Assembly (NCBI GenBank): GCA_964016885.1
Contig: OZ024748.1
Location: 9,858,001 to 9,922,000, forward strand
DNA from: Eledone cirrhosa
Lineage: Eukaryota
DNA length: 64,000 nt
Reading direction: 5' to 3'
Shown: piece after piece, positions 54,941 through 64,000 of the stretch
How positions within the stretch are numbered: position 1 is the stretch's first letter
Layout: each line of letters opens with the position of its first letter
Made by a program: the position numbers and the translations under genes
Notes under the pieces: generated by a model
The model's database searches: none
Told to the model about the DNA's origin: nothing
What the model saw: only the letters and a program-made list of their open reading frames with translations

Positions 54941-55425
54941 TCCTAATACTCAACACATACATAAATATATCTTTACAGAATATATATATATATCTTTACA
55001 GAATATATATATATATATGTGTGTGTGTATATATATATATATGTGTGTGTGTGTGTGCGTATCAATATATATATATATATATATATGTCATATATGACTT
55101 CCCAAGCTTGCTGTCTTTCCACTGTGTTTCTGTTTTTGAACTAAAAGTCCCCAAAATAAACTTCCGTGTTCGCTTCTCTATTTCGAGTGTTTAACATAGT
55201 TTATCAGCAGTGACAGTGAAGGGATGGGAGTGGCTGAGTGGGAGTGGGGCTGAGTGTGAATGAAGGGGCGAGAGTGGCTATAAGTGTGAGTGAAGGGGTG
55301 TGACCTCGGAAGAATGAAAGGTAAAGTTGACCTCGGTAAGATTTGAACTCAGACTTCAGAAAAGCTGAAGGAACACCACAAATGATTCCATGTGACGTTT
55401 TAACCACTTTACTTATTTAATGTCC

Positions 55426-56095
55426 TGGTAGTGGTGGTGGTGATGGTGGTGGTGATGGTGATGGTGATGGTAGTGGTGGTAGTGGTAGTGGTGGTGGTAG
55501 TGGTGGTGATGGTGATGGTAGTGGTGATGGTGATGGTAGTGGTGGTGGTGATGGTGGTGGTGATGGTGGTGGTGATGGAGATGGCAGTGGTAGTGGTGAT
55601 GGTGATGGTAGTGGTGGTGGTAGTGGTGGTGATGGTGGTGGTGATGGTGGTGGTGATGGTGATGTTAGTGGTAGTGGTGATGGTGATGGTAGTGGTGGTG
55701 GTAGTGGTGGTGATGGTGGTGGTGATGGTGATGTTAGTGGTAGTGGTGATGGTGATGGTAGTGGTGGTGGTAGTGGTAGTGGTGGTGGTGATGGTGGTGG
55801 TGATGGTGATGTTAGTGGTAGTGGTGATGGTGATGGTAGTGGTAGTGGTGGTGGTGATGGTAGTGGTGGTGGTGGTGGTGGTGGTGGTAGTGGTGGTGGT
55901 GGTGATGGTGGTTTTGGTGGTGGTGGTGGTGGTGATGGTGGTTTTGGTGGTGGTCGTGGTGGTGATGGTGGTGGTGTTGATGGTAGTGTTGGTAATGGTG
56001 GTGTTGGTAATGGTAATGGTGGTGGTTTGCTGATGGTGGTGGTAGTGGGGCAGGTGTTGGTAGTAATGATGGTGGTGGGGTGATGGTGGTAGTTA
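55426..56095. repeat. (GGT/GAT/AGT)n trinucleotide array
   Basis: Direct reading. Confidence 0.96.
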
Positions 56096-56466
56096 TGAAA
56101 CTGGTTAAACTTTTACTCAACAGAGTACTCAATACTTGGGGTAGTAGAGTATGGTTATATTATAAAGAGTCAGAACCCCAATGGCTACTAGCTGTTGAAA
56201 TGGCAGGAGCTCAGTCGTTGGGGTCCCAACTCTTTATTATATATATATATACATATACGTACACTGGGGTGGGGGTGGGGGTGTATCTATCTGTGTGTGT
56301 GTGTATATGCCTTTATTTTTAAATTTATCTCATTCCTTGTATTTTGATCATGCTTTATTTTTATTTTTATCTTTATTTTTTATTTTTTCATTCGCACCGT
56401 TTCCTTTCGCTATATGTCTTTCCACCACTCCCCTACACACCCTTTGAACTCTGTTCCCACACACTT

Positions 56467-56502
56467 CCCACCTGAGGAAGGGCTTATGCCCGAAACGTCG
56501 TC
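56467..56502 (+). ncRNA. Minimal hammerhead motif, weak stem I
   Basis: ccac-CTGAGGA-A-GGGC-ttat-GCCC-GAAA-CG-TC-gt. Confidence 0.65.
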
Positions 56503-56589
56503 CCCCACCAACACCCCACTCCAGAGCGTGAAATTAATAAACATTTGTTGTACTGCCTCTCTGTTTTGTCCCTGTTCAAATTTTTCCAT

Positions 56590-56621
<32 letters not shown>

Positions 56622-56791
56622 CACACATACACACACACACTCACTCACATTTATATATACATATGCATACATAAATAAATATATATTTAATGTTGAGATG
56701 TTTTTAAAATTGTTTTTCTAAATATTTGTTGATAGATGACATGATGTTTTCAAGGTCATCTTGTCTATCACATAGTAAATATTACATGTTA

Positions 56792-56883
<92 letters not shown>

Positions 56884-56950
56884 CGTTTCAGAAACAAAAT
56901 GGCGTAGGACAGAAGAAAGGAAAGGCACAGAAACAAAGAAAGGAATCCCC

Positions 56951-56995
56951 AGTCACTGAAGAGGTCACAGAGTGTGTGACGAAAGGACTATGACT
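56951..56995 (+). ncRNA. Minimal hammerhead ribozyme with intact core and stems I and II
   Basis: AGTCA-CTGAAGA-G-GTCACA-gagtg-TGTGAC-GAAA-GGAC-TA-TGACT. Confidence 0.78.
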
Positions 56996-57153
56996 ATATA
57001 TAAACAACTATCTGGTTGTGGAACCAACCAACCAACCAGAAATTTATAAATTTGTAGATTTGTAAATTTATAAATTTATAAATATATAATAAATTGAAGT
57101 GAAAGCAACTGGTGCGTGTGTTTCTTATTGGCAACATGACCCTCCCAAAGTAT

Positions 57154-57191
<38 letters not shown>

Positions 57192-57289
57192 GTGGTTTGG
57201 TAAAGATATCCAGGGAACAAGGTTTTACTATATTATTCTATTTGATACTTCAACAAAGACATTACACGGAGAAATGCAGAGACACATGA

Positions 57290-57612
57290 TTGTTGAACGA
57301 ATTCAACTTCTTCAACCTGCAGTGTTTCAACAAAAAAGCGAACAAATGCAGATCTAACCTCTTGTCAAACAAAACTATCTTTGACAGGACAGACCCATAC
57401 TATATTACAGCCTTAAGCAACAGCAACTTCTCAAAGAAAATTTCCTACTCTTCAGAAAATTACCCTAAAACGAACTGGAAAGAAACCTAGCCACAAATCT
57501 ATTTTCCACCACTTTCTTCCGTAATGTTAAAACTTATATAGATAAAAGTAATTATAGACATACATTCCCCCCCAGGACAGAAATACGACCAGAAATCAGA
57601 AATACTGTGGCT
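57290..57612 (+). mobile_element. Decayed Penelope-like element fragment
   Basis: SNL.SNKTIFD...PYY.TALSNSNF...I.Y followed by PP.F.RNVKTYI and HFPP..KY-like segments. Confidence 0.65.
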
Positions 57613-57864
57613 GATGCTGCTCAAACATGTGCTTAGACTCCATCTTTTCCTCAACTAGACACATGTTTCCCCAGCTCGTCTCATTGGTGGAGCTGCAGTC
57701 CTGGGTCAAGCGGAGACAGAGGGGGATTGCTTGGAAATTGGAATGTCTTCAAGCGCTCACAGCCTTCTACCAATTGGGCAGTATGATCAGTGGAAACTCC
57801 ATAAACTCTTGGGGAAACTCTGCGTTTATATCGAACTCTTTGTGGCAAATAAAGAAATCATCAT

Positions 57865-57912
<48 letters not shown>

Positions 57913-58097
57913 AGATAATAGGATGTGAGAGCCATTTAAAGCAGGAAAAGGTCTATATGATCCCATAATGGTCAGCGAAACACTTAATTAAAAACATTGC
58001 TACATATATAACATTGAAGTGTGGAACTATATTTAACATTGAAATTTCATCTTAATAGAAAAGAGTTTATGAAGACATGAATGTAATATTTTATGGT

Positions 58098-58137
<40 letters not shown>

Positions 58138-59497
58138 TATGTGTGTGTGTGCAGTTCTGTGTGTGTGTATGTGAGAGAGAGTATGTGTGTGTCAGTGTTG
58201 TGTCATATCAATTATGCATACGGCTCTTTAAAGATATGGTAATAAGTGAGAGAGAGAGAGTGTATATAAATATATGTATGTATGAATCTGAGTATGGGTG
58301 TGTCTGAATATGTGTGTATGCACATGTGTGTGTTAATGGGTGTGTCAGTGTATGTGTGAATGTGTCAGTATATGTGTATGTGTGTCTGTGTGTGCGTGTG
58401 TTTGTGTGTGTATGTCTGTGTGTGTGTGTGTGTCAATATCACATTGTGTTTGAAGGAATGGATATCTCTAAAGACATGATGACAACACAAGATAACTGTC
58501 GACTTATTTTCTGAAAATAGAATGGGGGTGGTGGTGGTGAGTCAGAGGATAATTTACTGCTATTTCTAGCACACAGATACTGCTTCTTCGTCTGTCATGT
58601 TATCAATATAAAGAGAGGGGAAACACTACATCTCTCACTCAAACCACTTCCTTCTCTCTCAAACTAAAACTTTTCTAATTTTTTTTCATTTATTGTCGTT
58701 TGGCTTGACAAACAGAATATTTTTTCAAATCTCTTAACTGCACCACCAATTATAGCAAGTAGGGAGATTCTCCGGGTTGGTGACTTTCAATATACAGATA
58801 TCAGTCTGCTGGAGAATGAATTTGAAAGCAGTTAAAAACAACTTGAAACACAAACCTCCGCAGCTAAAGATGTATAATTAACATAGATAAAACAATCCAG
58901 TATGCTGCCACACAACCTTGAATTAAGAAGGGTACAGTCACAATGTTTCTCAGAAAATTGGATAAGCCAAGATTGTGCAATGGGACACCTTTGGTTGGGA
59001 CTGAACTACAGCTTCACATTATTGAAGCCAATTTACAAGATTGTAAATGGAAGCATGGCAAGGGTGAGATAAAGGTAGACATCTGCTACAGCCACACATC
59101 TCCTCACTGATAGTGATGCCTGTATCTAACAGGATGCTGAGGAGATATGCAACATCTGGTTTGATGAACTAAATGGCAACAGGCCACCTTACCCATCTGA
59201 TATGGTGGCTTCAGTCTCTGGTCTCAATGTCCTTGCCAGTATTTCTTTTGTCGGTGACCTCCTTCCATGTCCTCATCAACAGGGCTCTCTACAACACAGA
59301 ACTTACTGTGGGGAACACAAAGCAGACGTCTCTTGTAACATAGCAGTTCAAGAGAAAGAGTTCAATAAAATAAGTACTGGGGTTGATATTATGACCTAAT
59401 CAAATTATTGAAACTAGTAAAACAATAAAGAAATATATTGGAGAAAATGGAGTCAATATTGAAGAAGATTCATAAGAAATTCATATAATGTAGAGTT

Positions 59498-59640
59498 TTA
59501 TTTATTCAAAAGGTTGCTTTCATTCATATATTCAAAGAATAAACGTAGAGGCCTTTCTTCCCATTGTGAAAGAAGATTATGGTCAGCCATTATTTGGTCC
59601 CCTTTCAGTCGGTCAACGAGTGTTACACATATCACAGCAC
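59498..59640 (-). CDS. UPP1: Uridine phosphorylase last exon (CAVICVTLVDRLKGDQI...EERPLRLFFEYMNESNLLNK*)
   Basis: AAG acceptor after a pyrimidine tract; matches UPP 'AVVCVTLLNRLEGDQI...RPQRL'; TAA stop. Confidence 0.92.
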
Positions 59641-60856
59641 CTTTCCAATGAAAAGAAAACAAATAAATAAATCCCCAAAGATATAAACAAATCAATAATT
59701 ACCTGAATGTATTCTGTTTCCTGGTAAAGGCAGATATTATATGTGTGTGTGTGTGAAAAAAGTGTATAGCCTAGTGGAGCATCAGGCACACAATCGGGTG
59801 GTGTGTTGTGTACTTGAACAAGACACTTTATTTCAACTTGCTCTAGTTTACTCAGCTGTAGAAATAAATTGTGACATCACTGGTACCAAACTGTATTGGC
59901 CATTTCATTACCCTTGGACAACATATTGCATAGTGAGAGGAGACTGGTATGTACGGGCAACTGCTGGTCTTCCACAAAAATACTTTGCCAGGGCTTGTTC
60001 CTCAGAGGGGAACTTTCCATGATCATTCATGACTGAAGGAGGTTTTTACTCTATATATACTGTATATACTTGAAAATAAGCTGACTCTTTATTTTATGTC
60101 TGAGAAATAGGTGATAATCCAAAGCCCATGTATAAGCCAAGGCAGCTAATCAATACATTATGTTTAGGTGGCGCAGTTTTGAAATTCTCATGAGTGGAGA
60201 ATATATTTATGAAGTTTTAATATTTTGGTATTTAAAATACGTCATTTGGAGTATAGTTTTTGTTTCATAACTCCATTATGTAATGATTTTTTGCTAATTT
60301 CTGACTGTTTTGAAGACCATATTCATTCAAAACCCATAAAAACATAAGAAAAACAAATTTCACCTCGAAAATAAAACTGGTATAATATACTCCTCCAAAG
60401 TGAAACTGGTGTAATATTCACTTATAAAGAAAAAATGGTCTTAATATTCACCTCTGAAGTAAAACCAGTGTAATATCATTTAACATCTGTCTTTCCGGTT
60501 AGCAAGAATTGGACCTAACCCTAACCCTTAGAACATAATCAGAGCTACTTTGAACATACATAAGCAAGATCAGAGCTACTGGTTTAGCTTACATATATTC
60601 CCACACTCTACTGAGTGAATTTTATCATGGAATTAGTACTTGAGAGGTTGTCATGTCTTTGGAACAGACAAAGAGTCCTCGTGATCTTTTGTTTCGCAAG
60701 CTCTCTACAGCTGGATGTCCATGCTATCACCAACCACTTTACAGGGTGTACTGGGTGTATCTATCATGAAGATCACCAACACTAGGGAGATTGTCACACC
60801 ATTGATACAACTGAAGAGTCCTTCTGATTATCAGAACAAAGATACATTATACTTAC

Positions 60857-61003
60857 ATGGAATATTCATTTTATTACATAAAGCCACAAATCCAGTTGAC
60901 TCCATTTCCATATTGGTCACACCTTTCAACTGCAAATGTTGGAGATAAGCTTCTTTATCGTTTGCAGAAAAACTAGAAAATGGTCCATCAAGACGGGCTT
61001 GGC
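60857..61003 (-). CDS. UPP1: Uridine phosphorylase exon (GQARLDGPFSS...GVTNMEMESTGFVALCNKMNIP)
   Basis: taatag/gtaagt, phase 1-1; Q.RLDG uracil-binding and N.EMES nucleoside-phosphorylase signatures. Confidence 0.95.
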
Positions 61004-61189
61004 CTATTAGAACAATACAAAGTATGTATATAAAATATCAACATGACAAATCAATTTACCATTTCAGGGATGTTAGAAGTATATAAATCAATTTGATACA
61101 TTTGTTTACATGAGAGTAGAAGAAGATTAACTGTATGTGTGTGTGCACGTGTATGTATCTATATGTATGTGTATATATCTATATGTATC

Positions 61190-61512
61190 ATCATTCGTTT
61201 AACGTCCATATTCCACGCTTGCATGGGTTTGGACGGGAGTTTTCCCACTTGAGGCAAGAGTGTCTTGCTCGCATAGGACTGTCTGGCGGGTTTTCTACAG
61301 CTGGATGCCCTTCCTAACACCAACCACATTTACAGTGTGGAACTGGGAGGTTTTTACCGTGTTACCTACACGGCCACATTACAGCGTGGACTGTGTGTTT
61401 TTTTGTCGTGACACCTACACGACCTCATTTGTTTCGGCCCTGGATGTTGGTACCAACATAACTTTACATTGAAAGGGGTGGTGTGGATGGGGTGGGGGTG
61501 GTGGGACGGGGG
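61190..61512 (-). mobile_element. RTE 3' UTR copy
   Basis: Reverse complement of 36890-37210. Confidence 0.8.
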
Positions 61513-61881
61513 TGTATTTTGTATGTGTGTATATATATATATGTATATATATATATGCATTATATAAGTTAACCCTAATTTGTATTCATTTTCTTTCTTC
61601 ACCACGGAGGTCAGAATTAGACTGAAACATCTCCAAAGTTGTCTCTTGTAATTGTTGGAATAATGAAGATAATATTATCAGTATTTTTCCCTACATATTT
61701 ATTAATAATCTTTCCATTAAGCACCAACTTAATATTTCAATACTCCAGTTCTTTATCTCTTTATTAAGGCATCATCCCAACCCAAAATATTCTTCAGAGA
61801 AGAGATAAGTGATATCACATGACTTGCCATCACATCAATAATAGTAAGAAGTGGTTAACATAATTTAAAAGATGGAAATAC

Positions 61882-62017
61882 CTTCATAGAAATCATCACA
61901 ACACATTGTGGTTCCTAAACAATTTGGCAACAACAGACTATCAGCAATATTTTTCAGTTTAGAACAAACTTCTGGATTTGGCAGAGCTGGATTAGCAACC
62001 ATCTTTCCCAGTACTGG
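61882..62017 (-). CDS. UPP1: Uridine phosphorylase exon (PVLGKMVANP...CLGTTMCCDDFYE)
   Basis: gttgcag/gtattt, phase 0-1; VLGK and G.TMC..DFYEGQ motifs. Confidence 0.93.
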
Positions 62018-63202
62018 CTGCAACAGGAACACAAAGAAAAAAAAAAGTTTTCATAGCATTAATGTTTTAAAGTTTTAATAATATTAAGGATTTAGGGTTC
62101 TGATAATATCAATGGTTTAGGGTTCTAATAATAATAATGGTTTAGGGTTCTGATAAAATTAATGGTTTAGGGTTCTAATAGTATTAAATCTGTAGTGACC
62201 TACGTTCCTTGGGCTCATAGATACATTCTCCGTGCGTTATTTGGCTCAGCTCAGCTAATCGCCACCAACGGAGGAGAATGTATCTCTACACGCCCTGCAG
62301 GAAAAATTCCCGCGTCAGCTCAGAAATCTCTCTTGCTCTTGCAGCTTGACCATGCTAAGGTAAAGACCACTTATTCTTTTGCTCCGTAAGCACAAACAAT
62401 ATGTAACGACAAAACATTACTACATTACTAGCCTGGCCAGTCGACTGTATTTCTCTTGTAATCTTAATTGATTTATTTCATTTCTCTTGGCATGCCAGCT
62501 TAATCCACCTCTTAACCTTTGTTAATAAATTATGTAAAAATATGATAAAGTCGTTGTCTATATTCCTATTATATCCTTCTGCTAAGCTGGTTACTCGTGG
62601 CACCATTACTACTTCTATACATCATCTGCTAAAAATCTATAAGATTTTGATAATTTTAAGTTTAGTTAGTAATAGCACTAATGCAGGGGATTTGCATCTT
62701 ACAGTCTCATGTTCTACCAAGTGTACCAGCATAAGAGAAGTTGTCATGTCTTTGACACAACTGAAGGGTACTCCCAACCCTTTGTTTGGCAAGCCCTCTA
62801 TGAGTGGATGCCCTTCCTATCAGCAGCCACATTATAGTAGGTGCTTTTATTGTGTAGATCACCAACATTAGAGAGGTTGTCCCGCCTTGACACAACTGAA
62901 GGGTCTTCTCAACCCTTTTTTTAGGCATTGTTTCTACAGCAGGGTGTATTTTACAATCTGTTCAATGTGATATTCTCTAGTAGAGGTGAGACGAGAGGTA
63001 TTAATAAGAAGGGTGGTTACACTTGATATGTCACCTGAGAAATAAAAACATGAGTATAAATTACTCAATATATATACATAAATAGATACATACGCACACT
63101 CAGGCATGGACACAGACACATAGATACAGATACTCACACACACACAGACTTGCATATGCACACACAGACCCACATACATACAGGTTTTATTGATATACTT
63201 AC

Positions 63203-63273
63203 AAGATTCCATTGTGGTAGTAACTCCCAGTTGAGGACCTGTTGAGAAATAACAACAGTGCCAGCTTCTAAAC
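63203..63273 (-). CDS. UPP1: Uridine phosphorylase internal exon (G-LEAGTVVISQQVLNWELLPQWNL); upstream exons lie beyond the right edge
   Basis: attgcag/gtaagt, phase 1-0; matches UPP 'GLEPGTVVIT'. Confidence 0.88.
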
Positions 63274-63309
63274 CTGCAATAGAAACAGTAAAATAATTTA
63301 TAATTGCAA

Positions 63310-63820
63310 CCCTGAGCACCTTTTTGATCTCCATGTCTCTAACACACATGGACATGCTTACAAAATCAGAAAACAGCACAGTTCCTATGACTTTCGTAGA
63401 CATTTTTTCACGCTCAGAGTTGCTGAAACATGAAACAAACTGCCTGCGTCAGTTGTTAGCTGCCGAGACACTGCATCCTTTAAGACACTCATGCTTCCCG
63501 AAATACGCCAAAACTACACCTGATGTACCCCTTCCATACACATGCACACATGTGTGTATCATGACTCATGCACTGTTCATTTTCTTGATGTTTGTGCATT
63601 GCCCTATGTACTGTACATGCACTTTTTGATGAGTTGTGGTGCACCTGGGCACTGTACACAATATTTCATTATTATTATTATTATTATTATTATATCATGA
63701 CTCATACACTGTTCATTTTCCTGACATTTGTACATTATTCTATGTACTATACATGCACCTTTGATGAGTTGTAGTGCACCTGAGCACTGTACACAATAAT
63801 TTCATTATTATTATTATATA
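63310..63820 (+). mobile_element. CR1-like LINE 3' end with duplicated tail
   Basis: Homologous to 26056-26412; terminal ~120 bp repeated twice with (ATT)n. Confidence 0.85.
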
Positions 63821-64000
63821 TGACCTCAAAAACAATCTTCTTGTATTTAAACTCTGATTATTGTTATACGTCCGTTTATAGGTTTAGATTATAAAAAAAA
63901 TAACCTAGTTATAACTTTTTGGGGAACATTCTTCCTTCTTCTTCTCCTTTATTCTGTCTCCCAATGCATTGTCTATAAGCCTACAGGCCTCCCTCTCTCT

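Overview
Eukaryotic, AT-rich, microsatellite-dense animal DNA, most likely an octopod cephalopod. That assignment is inferred from the 'HCEICGKSF...HTGEKP' C2H2 gene style, Meta-domain SINEs, RTE/Penelope load and long (TA)n/(CA)n tracts; it cannot be confirmed here. Genes reconstructed by hand from splice sites and phases: (1) a 15-exon rhophilin (HR1-BRO1-PDZ, about 726 aa) on the minus strand, 23669-54940; (2) the last four coding exons of a uridine phosphorylase on the minus strand, 59498-63273; (3) a 16-finger C2H2 zinc-finger gene with one coding exon on the plus strand, 21340-22824; (4) a probable signal-peptide first coding exon (14826-14877, minus) of a gene running off the left edge. 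The rest is decayed LINEs (RTE, CR1/L2-like, Tx1-like), Penelope-like element fragments, SINEs, MITEs and several minisatellites. Most listed ORFs are repeat artefacts. The most notable hidden signal is about ten Penelope-type minimal hammerhead ribozyme motifs in at least four sequence families. Three loci are fold-back (inverted-repeat) cassettes, and intact-core copies inside the rhophilin gene are all antisense to it. Also notable: a PHD finger embedded inside an RTE reverse transcriptase, and a candidate mutually exclusive or poison exon in uridine phosphorylase. All structures were read by eye; no folding, alignment or database search was run.
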